A stretch of DNA of 64,000 nt from Octopus sinensis (Eukaryota). Every line of letters starts with the position of its first letter. Within the stretch, counting starts at the first letter, position 1. The DNA lies in contig NC_043009.1 in the NCBI RefSeq assembly GCF_006345805.1, positions 23,560,001-23,624,000 of the forward strand, written 5' to 3'. The notes under the pieces were generated by a model, which made no database searches, had not been told where the DNA came from, and saw only the letters and a program-made list of their open reading frames with translations. The translations under genes were made by a program, and so were the position numbers. Shown here piece by piece: positions 51,044 to 63,360 of the stretch.

Positions 51044-51717
51044 ACATATAATCATGTAACGACACACGTACTTTTCACCGCCCTATCTGCTTCTTTCGCC
51101 TTTTCCTCTTCTCTTCTCTGCACTTTTTCCTCTTTCCGACCAAGAGCCAAGCTCGAAACGTCATTTCAAATCCTATTTTCGCATCTAAAACTTTCACTGA
51201 GCGTCCATCTAATATTTTCATTGTGTACGTCTAATTGACTTTTGTTGCTGTTTCCTCTTTGACAACCGGCGTTGGTTTGTTTACAAGCGCGTAACTTAGC
51301 GGTTCCGTAGAAAGATTTCAATATTATATGAAACAGACTAAAAATAAGTACCAGTGGCGATTTTGTCGACTTCATCTCACTTAGCGGTTCGCCAGCATGG
51401 TCACAGTACAATGATTGAAACAAGTCAACACGCACGCACGCACACACACACGTACGCGCACACACACATCCATACGATGTTCTTTCAGTTTTCACCTACC
51501 AAATCCACAAGGCTTTACTCGTCCCGGTGCTATAGCAGAAGACATTTGCCCAAGGCACTACATAGTAAAATTGAACCTGGAATCATGTGATTGTAAAGTA
51601 AGCTTCTTACAACCCAAGCCGCACCTGAACCTCTGTAATATATATATCATTGGTTAGTTGTCTATTACTCAGAATAAAAACATATTCTAAAGATAAATTG
51701 AGCGGTTACATTTTAAT

Positions 51718-51897
51718 ATTGTCCACTAATGTATTCCTTATTATGGCGTATAACCTGCCAAAGTGTTATCCATGGTTTACCGACTATTGGCCCTTGGCAA
51801 TGATGACAATTATTGCCAAGAGCAATAGAAAGCGCGAAACCTTCGGTAGCAGTCTGATAGGTTACCTGCCGTAATCAGGAACACACTGCTAGACAAT
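51718..51897. repeat. Degenerate foldback (arms about 85 bp)
   Basis: Central cttggcaat/attgccaag stem. The outer arms align along their whole length (attgtc...gacaat). Confidence 0.6.
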
Positions 51898-51903
51898 ATA
51901 GCA

Positions 51904-51980
<77 letters not shown>

Positions 51981-52579
51981 GTCTGTATGTCTGTCTGTCT
52001 GTCTGTCTATCTATCTGTGTGTGTGAGCGCGCGCGTGTGTGTATGAGCGTGTGTGTGTGTGTGAGTGTGTAATTATGCATCATAGACAACGAGACAAAGT
52101 GTACATGCAATATATGTAAGCTCAAGCAGTGAGCTGGTAGAATCGTTAGCATGCCGGCTAAAATGCTTAGCGGCATTTCGTCCGTCTTTACGTTCTGAGT
52201 TCAAATTCCGTCGAGGTTGACGTTGCCTTTCATAATTTCGGAGTCAATAAAATAAGTACCAATTGAGAACTGCAGTCGATGTAGTCGATTAAGCATCCTC
52301 CCCTGAAATTGCTGGCCTTGTGCCAAAATTTGAAACCAACACATATAAGCTTATGTCGTTTGTGGGGTTCGTGGTGCGGGGTATGGAGGCAGAAAGTCAG
52401 TTACGTCAGCAGGTGCAACGTGTTATGTATGCTTGTGTATAAAATTGTGTATGGATCAGTGTATATATGCGTTTGCTTATATAAGTGCATGTGCGTGAAT
52501 GTATGTGTGTGTGTGTGCGCGCGTGTGTGTGTGCTTGTATATGTGTGTGTGTGCGTATGTGCATGTGAATATATATACT

Positions 52580-53100
52580 TGCTCGTATGGGTGCGGGCGT
52601 ATATATATGTCTACTTGCAAAAGTGTGTGTATATGTGCATATGTACGTATGTGTTCGTTTGTGTGTGTATGTGTGTGCGCGCGTGCATGTATCTATGTGT
52701 GTGTATCTATATGTGTGTGTGCGTATGTGTATGTGTGTGAATATATATGATTTGCGTATGCGTGTGGGCGTATATATGTCTACTTGCTTAAGTGTGTGTA
52801 TATGTGTATGTGTGTGTGTGTGTGCGCCTGCATGTGTGCATGTATATATGTGCATGCGTGTGTGTGCCTGTATGCGTGTGAAGATATATATAATTATGCG
52901 TATGCGTGTGGCGTATATATGTCTACTTGCTTAAGTGTGTGTATATGTGTATGTGTGTGTGTGTGTGCGCCTGCATGTGTGCATGTATATATGTGCATGC
53001 GTGTGTGTGCCTGTATGCGTGTGAAGATATATATAATTATGCGTATGCGTGTGGGCGTATGTCTACTTGCATAAGTGCGTATATATGTGCATGTATACGT
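52580..53100. repeat. Higher-order minisatellite, approximately 143-bp units built from GT/AT dinucleotides
   Basis: tgcgtatgcgtgtgg(g)cgtat...gtctacttgc recurs at 52753, 52897 and 53040, with a diverged copy near 52582. Confidence 0.85.
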
Positions 53101-53389
53101 GTGTGCACAGGTGTGTATGCATGTATGTGTGTGTGTGTATGTATGTATGTGTGTGTGTGTGTGTGAGCATAAATATATGTACAGTATCTATTTGTATTAA
53201 TGTGCTTATGTTTACGTGCGCACGTGCGCGCGTGTGAGCGTGCTAAACTCTCCTATCGACTAATAGATTGGTTGTTATAGCTGACTCTGACGTCAAATGT
53301 CATGTGACTATCACCCATCGATACCTCTAAACACCCTACTTCCACAAACCTACTGTTTCTCCACTGCCGGATGCAGCGGCATCCTTATC

Positions 53390-53553
53390 TATTTCTTTAC
53401 TACCCACAAGGGGCTAAACACAGAGAGGACAAACAAGGACAGACAAACGGATTAAGTGCGTAACTGGTACTTAATTTATCGAACCCGAAAGGATGAAAGG
53501 CAAAGTCGACCTCAGCGGAATTTGAACTCGGAACGTAACGACAGACGAAATAC
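53390..53553 (-). mobile_element. 3' half of the host SINE B2 split by the Tx1 LINE
   Basis: The 5' half of the same SINE lies at 58820-58882. Confidence 0.9.
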
Positions 53554-54002
53554 GAATTTCTTTATTGCCAAACATAGATATGGACAGTACAACTGATGGG
53601 ATCAGTGAATCGATATGATTTTACCGAATGGAATACACAATACAAAAACAATACAAATGAAGCGATGATCAGGTTACGCTCCGACCCCACAAGCCCCGAT
53701 CTACCGCTGATACCTTTTTCCCCCCTTTTTTTCGTCTATTCACACGGTTCCTTGCACGCACAACACTCGTGCAACATGCTTCCATCTCTTTTGGAACGTA
53801 CACTCCGACAGACACCTCTTCTCCAGTCACAGTTTCCTTTTCAAATGAAAAGAAAAAAAAGATCGTAAATTGTGGCCAGAGATAAAGTTGCCTGTCTTAA
53901 TTCCTTTTATCCTAGTCTTCCATACTGCCTCTTTTGCTATTGCTACAACCGTGAGAAAACAATTCTTACCTTCGTTCGTTAGAACTCCTGGTGGGTCAAT
54001 TT

Positions 54003-57000
54003 TTATAATTGACTCAGTCGACAGCTGTACTCTTCCTTCATTTCAGTTATCTCCGGACACTGAACAATAGCGTGAAGGACGGTTTCCCTGTCCCCCACGC
54101 AACTTGGACAGGTCGGCGACTGACGTTTACCATGTCTTGCGAGCTTATCCCAAACGGGCAAGGCACCTCTGTAGCATTGCCAGGTTAAGGACTTTTGGAA
54201 GTTGTCCAACGTTCTCAACCCGAATGTACGATGGAACAGGCTGTCCAGTTGAATAAATCCGAGACCTAGAGTCGACCCCAGGCCATCGTCGCATTCAGAC
54301 TCTACCAACCCACTATATAAAATCCGTGTGGAACCCCCACCGGTGGCGTTGCCCGAGCGCCGGAACAGCAAGAGGGCCTTACGGCACTCTTTATAACACT
54401 CACTCGACCTCGGTCTATGAGAAAACCAGGCTTCCTGTTCGCAAAAACTCTTGAACACAGGGAACATTTGTCTGGCTAGCGGAGACCACACCCGTTCACT
54501 ATCCAGGAAAATCCAGAGGTGCCTCAACCTCAACGCATGTCTGCGCATCATTAACCAAGGCATCCCTAAACCTCCCTTTAAAGGCTTTTGACAGCAGACA
54601 GAGCGTTTCACAAGTGGCGACCTGCCCTTCCACAAAAAGCGAAAAAGCTGTCTCTCCAACCTGATCAACCACGAATCCGGACAGGGCACGACGGTCAGGC
54701 GGTAGGTAATAACCGATGCGATAAACACATTGGCCACCTCCGCTCTCCATTTCAGGGATAGCCACCGCCAAGACCAGGTCTTGACTACTGCAGCCACCCT
54801 GCTCAATACCTCCGTCCAGTTCTTCTCTATCTGGAGGCCTGGTCCAAACCAGACTCCCAGCAACTTAACCGGTCCCTCCGTCCAGCGCTCAACAACGCTG
54901 TCGGAAGGCATCGACTTGCCAACCCAGGTGCCGAGCTGCAAGCCGACCGACTTTTCCCGGTTAATCTTTGCTCCTGCTACCTCCTCGTAAGCCTCAATAA
55001 TCTTACCTACTTCACGTAGGCGTGCTACTCTGGTTACACTGATAGTGATATCATCCGCGAAAGCCGTAATAAACTCCTCTAGTCCTGGTTCTCTCGGGAT
55101 GCCACTCAACCTTCGCAGTAATGGCTCGAGAGCCATCACATACAAAAGTGGTGAAAGCGGACATCCTTGACGAACCGAGCGTTTGATGCAGAACGGCTTC
55201 GAAAGGAAACCGTTCACCCGAACTATTGAGTCAATGTTGTGGTACAAAGCGATAAACCACCTGAGGAAGCCAAGACCCAGGCCAAACCGCGCAAGTACAG
55301 TCGCTAGGTATCGATGGTCAACCCTATCAAAAGCTTTAGACTGGTCCAAATGCACCAATGCCCCACCTTTGCCAGATTTATTACCAACCTTCTCTATGGT
55401 ATAGCGAATAAGATGGAGGGTATCCTGAATGGTTCTGCCTGGGTTGGCACATGTCTGTGCCTCCCCGACTATACCATTCGCGACACGCGCCAACCTTTTT
55501 GCTAGAACCTTGGTCAAAATCTTCACTTCTGCGTTTAACAGAGTGATGGGCCTGAAATTCTCTAGAACGTCCCCCTTATCCGGGTCCTTTCTGACCAACG
55601 TCACTACTCCCCGGCGCACAAATCTGGGGATAAACCCATTCTGTTCCCAGTTCGCGTACACGTCAGTCAGTAGTTGCCCGAACAAGTCTGGCATATATTT
55701 ATACAGCTCGTACGGAAGACCATCAAGTCCCGGCGACTTACCCGCTTTACAATCGGCCAAAGCCTCCATCACCTGCTCAGGCGTGATTGGCCCTTCGCAA
55801 GACTCCGCATCCGACCCCGAGAGGCACGGCAGCCCGACAAGAAAGTCCTCGAGGGCTCTCCCACCACCAGGACCGCCGTCACCTCCGAACAGCTGGACGA
55901 AGTACTCCCGAAAGACCTCACACATTTTCTCGGGTTCGTTTACCAAGACACCATTTTGATTCGTCAAAGACCAAATAGAGGAACTATTTCCTTGCCGAGC
56001 TTCCACCACTCGGGCCCATCCAGCAGCCTTGATTCCTTCACTTCCCATTGCACGTAACTTAGCTCTGGCAATACTTCCCATATGGTGGGCTTCAAGATGC
56101 TGGTTTAACTCCGGTCTTTTCACCCTCGCTTGGTCTGCATTACCAGTCCTCCAGGCTTCTTCTAGTTCCTTAACTAGACCATCTCCTATTTTACGTCCCT
56201 TCTTAGCTAAACTTATGCAAAACCCAATAGACTCATATTTGATGGCTCTTTTTAGGGCCTACCACCACTTGTTATTAATGATGGTACTTGTTAATGCCCT
56301 CTGTATTAACATCTTGACCCGCTTTCTGTACTCCCCAATCGCCAAAAGGGACGTATTGAGTTTCCAGTAGCCAGATCCCTGTCTATGCAACTTATCTACC
56401 GTCAGTTTACAGGTAACCATCTTGTGGTCACTGTAGCTGACTAGAAAAAACTGTGGACACTCAACTATGGACTTATCTTTTTCTCTAATTAAAATCCTAT
56501 CTAGATATGTTCTGGTAGACCCGTCACTATTTGACCACGTCCTCTGTGAAGTGTTCGGGTGCTCCAACCTATATGAATCTGCTAGCTGAAATTGACTTAG
56601 CATATCACGAAAGCCTGGGTTACATTTTCTGTTCATGTTCGAGCTCGAGCCAACACAATCTGTGTGCTGCACATATTGTATTAAAGTCTCCTAACAGTAC
56701 TAGTGAATGCGACGTGGCTAGGAACTTTCCCAGGTCACGAAAATATTCAGTTTGCGGGACAAAGATGTTTGGTGCGTAAATAGCGACTAGCCTGATTGTC
56801 TTGCCACAACTGAATGCCAGGTCAAGAACGACCAACTTGCTTTCTGGGTAAAAAAAACCCAACTTTTTCTCGGCTACCCGGTTTCTTTTTAGTAGGACCA
56901 ACACCCCACCCCCACCTCCTGCCCGACTGGGAGAAACGTATTTCTCGTAGCCGTTCAGGAGGGGGAGCAGATCTCTTGGCCCCTTCACCCGGGTTTCCGT

Positions 57001-57108
57001 TGCAACAATTACATCCAAATTTCTCGACCTGATGTCATTTAGAAAGCGTCCTTGCTTCCAGCTTGACATCAGAACACGAACATTTATACAACCAATGTGA
57101 ATAGACAT
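54003..57108 (-). pseudogene. Tx1 ORF2: APE endonuclease, reverse transcriptase and C-terminal CCHC, with frameshifts and stops
   Basis: IHIGCINVR, ATETRV, LLGDFN, YLDRILI, SDHKMV, GSGYWKLNTSLL; GKSPGLDGLPYE, FRPITLLN, DQSKAFDRV, RQGCPLSPLL, AFADDIT; CPSCVGDRETVLHAIVQC. Confidence 0.95.
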
Positions 57109-57119
57109 GACTTATCTGT

Positions 57120-58641
57120 TTAATCAGGATTGTCCGGAGGAGGGGGACCCTCCACCTTTTTTTGATCCAGGGTCGGAGGTGGACGGTCTTGGGAAATAGA
57201 TTTGTCAAAATCCCGTCTCACCACCGACACAGAATTATCAGGTGGAGGGGGAGTCTCCACCTTTTCCTTTTCTCGCGGGATCGGGGCTGGTAATCCATGA
57301 AATATCGACTTGTTAAAATTTAATTTCATTGAAGATACTGTCTTTCTGTATTTGTTTTGTAAAATTCTATGAATCTTATTTGAGACTTCATATACGTCGT
57401 AATTGATAAATTCCTCTGAAAGGTAATCTTTTTTTTACAGTCTTTATCAGTTGAATGTCTCTCATTAGCTCAGTATCTTTAGTGTATACGGCTAGTATGC
57501 CTTTTCCTCTTCTGGCAGTCTTTTTTGGTCGTTGTTCTGTAGTAGTCGCCGCTCTCGGTTGAGTTGCTGGTTGTATTTTCCTTTTGTTTGTTGTTTTTTC
57601 TCATCTTTTTCTTCTTTTTCTTCTTCCTCTTTGTCTTTTTTCTCCTCTTCCTCCTCTTCTTCATTTTCCTTGCAGTTCCTTCGAATGTGGCCTAATTGAC
57701 CACATTAAAAAACATAGAGGTTTTCGACCTTCAACAAACACCACGAGGTTCTCCCCCCCTACCTCAATTGTCTCGGGAATTGCTTGAATTATTTTAGGGT
57801 CCGCTTGAATGAGGAGATTAATTGTTTGACCATCCCAGTGTGCGTTTTCGGTAGCGGTAGCCTGGAGGAGAGTAATTTTTTCTTCCTCTTTGATTAGGAC
57901 TGCCGCCAACAACAACATAGGGTCCACTTCCGGTGGGACCCTTGTAATTTTTATTCTGGACGTTCTCATTCCCATATAGGTGGGAATGATCTCCCCGTCG
58001 TTCGTTTTCAGTGTTTCTACTGAGTTCTTTTGTGCTATTTCTTTATTGGTGAACCTTACTTCCACCGTTCTGAATTTCTTGCCTCTTCTCAGATAAACTA
58101 CGTCGCCCCATATTGGCTTTAAGCACTTTTCTATTTTCTCTTCTGACATTCTTTCAATTTTTCTTTTTTGTAAACAATATGTTTTGAAAATTAATGTTTT
58201 TTGTTTTTCTTCTTGTAGTAACTTTTCCGGAGGTTCAATTTTCACAACGTTGTCAGTTATTTTCATCATTTGGCTATATTTCATAAAGTCTCTCTTATTC
58301 GTCGAAAGCATCCGGGTTCCACCCCCAGCTGCTAACGCAAAAATTTTTTTTCCCATTTTTTGGTTCTGTCTGGATGCTAGGTACATCAATCATTCTTTTC
58401 GACACAATGCCCTTGTTCTCTGGCAAAGTCGGAAACTCTTCTGGTGAAACTCTTCTGACGAGCTTTCAGACACATCTCCAAAAAAATCAAATATATTATC
58501 CATTCTGCTATTCCTTCTTGTAGCGGGAGAAACCCTTATTTCCCTGTCTGTAGTTGACTCCTCGCCGGACACGCATTTCCTCCTCTGAACAGGAGAAACA
58601 AATATTTCTGCTCCAACGGTAGGTTCCTTGCTAGACGACAT
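57120..58641 (-). pseudogene. Tx1 ORF1 (RRM-like region plus CCHC zinc knuckle), disrupted
   Basis: ATG at 58641, in-frame TGA at 58390-58392. A +1 frameshift near 57710 breaks the knuckle C-F-x-C-GQLG-H-IRRN-C. Acidic and Pro-rich C-terminus. Confidence 0.85.
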
Positions 58642-58819
58642 TCTTCCCCCCAAAGGGGGAATGAACAACGCGTGCTACTACAAGCACTAAGTGTTTTCAA
58701 ATGAAAACTCCAACAGTTAAGTTATTCAACAATTTAACAAGAAACAACAGTTATTAGAAACAGCAGTTATTAACAATATTAACACCAAGAAACGGCAATT
58801 TTTACCACGAACACATGTG

Positions 58820-58882
58820 CGGCAGACGAAATACAGCTACGCATTTCGTCTGGCGTGCTAACGTTTCTGCCAGCTCGCCGCC
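58820..58882 (-). mobile_element. 5' half (tRNA-like head) of the host SINE B2
   Basis: ggcggcgagctggcagaaacgttagcacgcc...gtatttcgtctgccg on minus. Confidence 0.9.
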
Positions 58883-59660
58883 TTATCACCAACAGTCTGT
58901 TCTACTGGGATTTCACACGTAAAAAAGTCAAGTGGACGAGCTCTCTGGTGTTAGATCAATCAAACTGAGTGTACTCGCTTATCCGGTACACTTCCACTTA
59001 TCTGGTACTTAAATAATCACAACTCTCAAGCAACCGGCACCTAGGAAAAGTGGGTGGAGGAGATAAAAGAACGAATACGTGTTGTTTATTAATCAAGAGA
59101 ACTTATGCTAATTTATGCTAATTTATGTTAATTGACATTAACAGAAACTTTTAGCTCGGTGCAGCATTTTCTTTTACAGTATTTACTAGACCTGTATGTT
59201 ATCTTTTTTATGTTTTATTTTTTACTTGTTAGACTGCGACCATGCTGGGGCACCACCTTGAAAGGCATAGTCGAACAAATCAACATTAGTACATGTTTTA
59301 TTTTTGAAGTTTGGTACTAATTTTATCGGTCCCTTTTACCGAACCGCCAGTTTACAGGGACGTAAACAAACAAACATCGGTTGTCAAGTGGTGCTACGGA
59401 AACAAACAGAATGGTACGCACACATGTATGTATTATGTTGTGTGTGTATATCTTTCAGCTTTTTTTTAGTCATTTGACCACAGCCATGCTGGGGCACTAC
59501 CTTGAAGATTTTTAGTCGAATGAATCGACCCCAGTATGTATTTTCCCTAAAGCTTGATACTCATCGGTCTCTCTACCGAACTGCTAAGTTATGGGGAAGT
59601 AAACATACCAACACTGCTTGAACACAGATACAAAGATATATATATCTGTTATATATATAT

Positions 59661-62014
59661 AAAGAGAGCACGGACATGCAGCCTACAAGAAACCCTCAGA
59701 ATCTTTCCAGCTTGAACTACCATAAGGCAAACTGGAAACAAATTGAGAAAGAGATCCTCAAACAAAACTGGCCTAAATGTCTCTCCTCGCCAGACATCGA
59801 CGTGTAACTTCAACAATTCATGTCTGTAATGCAAGCCATATGCTACAAATGTGTCCCAGAGAGAAAGGCCACTGTACACAAGAACAAAATCCCCAGAGAG
59901 AGGAAAATTTTAATGAGACGGCGTACAAAAATTTCAAATCGCCTAAACAAACAGATTGAAAGCAGTGAAAAGTCCCGCCTAAAAATAAAACTGTTGGAAA
60001 TTGAAAAATGTCTGCAACTCTCCCATGAAAAGGAAAGAGCAGACAAAGAAGCCTGGGCTATAGACAACATAAAATCTAACCCCAGAGCTTTCTACAGGTA
60101 TGCGAAAGAAACAGCTACGGTGCACTGTAGAATAGGGCCACTCCTTGAAAAGGATGGCACACTTACAGGAAAACCAATGAGGGTAAGTGAAATACTGAAT
60201 GAGCAATTCAAGAGTGATTTCACTCCACCCCTTGGGCATCTCCAAATCACCAATCCAACTGACTTCTTTACCACTGCAGATACAAAATCAGAGGCGGCGA
60301 CGATAGATTACATCGATATAAAGGAAGACGATGTAATAAAGGCTATAGATGAAATGAAAACAGACTCAGCTACTGGCCCCGATGGATTCTCGGCAATCCT
60401 CCTAAAAGCATGTAAGAGAGTCCTAGCAAGACCACTGCAGTTCCTCTTTCAGAGCTTCCTTGCAGCTGGCAAACTTCCAAGAAAACTGAAGGAAGGTAAA
60501 ATATGCCCCATTCATAAAGGAGGTAGCAGAGCGGAGGCCAAGAACTACAGACCTATCTCTCTGACCTCACACATCAGCAAGGTCATGGAACGAATAGTCA
60601 GAAGGAAACTGATCACCTTCCTTGAAGAAAATGACTTGCTGCCCGACACCCAACATGGTTTCCGACCAGGGAGAAGCTGTTTAACTCAGCTCCTACAACA
60701 CTATGACTGGGTGCTGAAACGGCTGCTCAACCACTCAAATGTGGAAGTGATATATCTCGACTTTGCAAAGGCCTTTGATAAAGTCGATCATGGAATGATA
60801 TGTCACAAACTGCGTGATCTCAACATAGTTGGAAAACTGGGAGAATGGCTCCATGACTTTCTGAAAGATAGAAGTCAGGTGGTAGTAGCCAATGGGGCCA
60901 CTTCCATTAACACGCAAATAGTGAGCGGTGTCCCGCAGGGCACTGTTCTGGGACCACTACTGTTCATAATGGCCCTCTCAGACATGCCCTCAGCCACGCA
61001 GAGAGCCACGATCACAAGTTATGCAGATGATACAAAAGTTTCACAGGCAATACAGAACCCTGAGGACACTAAACGCCTGCAATGTGAGCTAGACAAAATA
61101 TACAAGTGGGCTGAAAAGAATAGCATGCAGTTCAATGCTGAAAAGTTTCAAGCTTTATACTATCAGCATGCAAAACTAAATGCAATACCCAATGAATACA
61201 CTGGACCCGAAGGAACAGCAATCCCAGAGGCACAATCAGTGCGTGACCTAGGTATTTACATGAGTGATGACGCAACCTTTCGTGTTCATGTTGCTAAATT
61301 GGCAATGAAATGTAGACGACTGGCCGGATGGATTCTCAGAACCTTTAGAACAAGAGAACAAGAAACCATGATGGTCCTCTGGAGGACACTTGTCGTAAGC
61401 CACTTTGACTATTGCTCTCAGTTATGGTCACCATCCAGTGTCAAGTTGATCACAGAGCTCGAGGCGATCCAGCGTAGCTACACGAAGAAGATAGCCTCTA
61501 TGCAGAATGTAAGCTACTGGGAAAGACTCAAGAGATTAAACTATATTCCTTGGAGCGTAGGCGGGAAAGATATGCCATAATATACATCTGGAAGATCCTG
61601 GAGGGACGTGTCCCAAACTTTGGCATCGAGAGTTACACAAATGCCAGAACTGGGCGCCACTGCGTGGTGCCTAGGACTCCAAATTTGCCATCAAGATGTA
61701 GGACAAGATACTGTGATAGCCTGGGCTTCCGAGGCCCACAGCTCTTCAATATCCTCCCGAAGAACCTGAGAGACCTGCATGGAGTGGATGCAGATGTCTT
61801 TGAAATGAAACTGGATCTCTTCCTGTCAGGTGTCCCAGATGAACCAACTTCACGGCAGGAGGTGCAGATGAGGGCAGCTGCATCGAACTCCCTCATGCAC
61901 CAAATGGCAGTTGCTAGAAAGCGTTCGTGAAGTAAAACCAAGTAGCAACACCAAATGGCGGTGCCCCAGCATGGCCGCAGCTCATGAGCTGAAACTAGAA
62001 TCAATCAATCAATC
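59661..62014 (+). mobile_element. 5'-truncated CR1/L2-like LINE with (AATC)n tail
   Basis: The RT frame starts near 59665. 3' end ggcggtgccccagcatggccgcagctcatgagctgaaactag(aatc)n. Flanked by (TA)n. Confidence 0.93.
59820..61930 (+). pseudogene. LINE ORF2 reverse transcriptase (frameshift near 61536, upstream TAA near 59806)
   Basis: GPDGFSAILLK, NYRPISLTS, DFAKAFDKV, GVPQGTVLGPLLF and YADD. The C-terminus continues in the 61550-61930 frame (LERRRERY...LFNILP...VDADVFEMKLD). Confidence 0.93.
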
Positions 62015-62041
62015 ATATATATATATATATATATATATATA

Positions 62042-62390
62042 GGCGCAGGAGTGGTTGTGTGGTAAGTAGCTTGCTAACCAACCACATGGTTCCGGGTTCA
62101 GTCCCACTGCGTGGCATCTTGGGCATATGCCTTCTGCTATAGCCCCGGGCCGACCAATGCCTTGTGAGTGGATTTGGTAGACGGAAACTGAAAGAAGCCT
62201 GTCGTATATATGTATATATATATATGTATGTGTGTGTTGCGGTTCGGCAAAAGAGACCGATAGAATAAGTATTGGGCTTACAAAGAATAAGTCCCGGGGT
62301 TGATTTGCTCGACTAAAGGCGGTGCTCCAGCATGGCCGCAGTCAAATAGCTGAAACAAGTAAAAGAGTAAAAGAGTAAAGAGATATACGC
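62042..62390 (+). mobile_element. SINE family A with an internal deletion
   Basis: Starts ta|ggcgcaggag after (TA)n; (AAAGAGT)n tail. Confidence 0.88.
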
Positions 62391-62889
62391 ATACTCATAC
62401 ATAGGCACACCTCCATACGCACACATACACATACAAACACTCGCTCACACATACGTACTCACAAACTCACCCCCATTCACATGCATGCGCACACACACAC
62501 CATTCTCACATACATATACTCGCTTGCGCACCTTAGTTCGTTGGGTCACCGTTATCGTTATTTTTATTATTATCTTCCTTTCATTCAGCCTCTTTTTTTC
62601 CGGTCATCTCGTCATACTGGACCGTTGAACTTATCACATTTTTCTCTTTCTCCGTTTTTTTCATTCTCTCTCCGTTTTTGATTTTTTTTACCTCTTAATC
62701 CTTTCTTTCGAAGGTCCTAGGCTCGAAACGTAAAATACTTTTTCCATTCTTCCCGAAGGTTAAACTAATACACCTGCTTGTTGTTCGTACACCGCTATTC
62801 GTCTTTTGTCCTGTGTTGCATTATTCCTTACCTAACCTAGTTTTACCTGTTGTTGTCGTCTACCGAATTAAAGTAACCTTCCTTTGGTT

Positions 62890-63170
62890 TCCTTTATTCT
62901 TTTATATGTTTCAGTCCAATGACTGTGGCCATGTTGAAGTACAACCATTATGATCATCTTTCCACTTTCCACCTTTGTCGGAGCGGTTTTTGGTGAAGGA
63001 TGGAGTTCGATGTTACTGCCCTCTTTTGAGATTCTTGCTTAGATATTGGTTCATCCGAGATCTCGGTGAGCCAGAGGTCAAGTTCACGTTTGAAAACGTC
63101 TACATCCACTCCATAGAGGCACCTCAGATGCTTCGGCAGACAGCTAAACAGTGAATAATTTGAGACAAAT
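62890..63170 (-). mobile_element. Older 3' fragment related to the 59.7-62.0 kb LINE
   Basis: LFSCLPKHLRCLYGVDVDVFKRELDLWLTEISDEP...RAVTSNSI. Tail caacatggccacagtcattggactgaaacatataaaagaataaa. Confidence 0.75.
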
Positions 63171-63360
63171 TCGGTTGTTATTTCTTGTACATCGGACGAC
63201 CATGTGTAAGCTTCGATGTTGACACAGACTCTTCCAATGGTTCTTCAGTTGTAATTGTTGTTGTTTTTATCTTCGTCGTAGGAGTGGCTGTGTGATAAGT
63301 AGTTTGCTTACCAACCACATTGCTCCGGGTTCAGTCCCACTGCGTGGCACCTTGAGCTAA

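Larger units (their letters stand above)
53554..58819 (-). mobile_element. Near-full-length L1/Tx1-clade LINE (5.27 kb) with TSD
   Basis: 5' UTR, ORF1, ORF2 (APE-RT-CCHC), 3' UTR ending aataaagaaattc. Flanks cg(a/g)cagacgaaatac at 53539-53553 and 58820-58834 match at 14/15, with a perfect 12-bp core. Confidence 0.95.
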
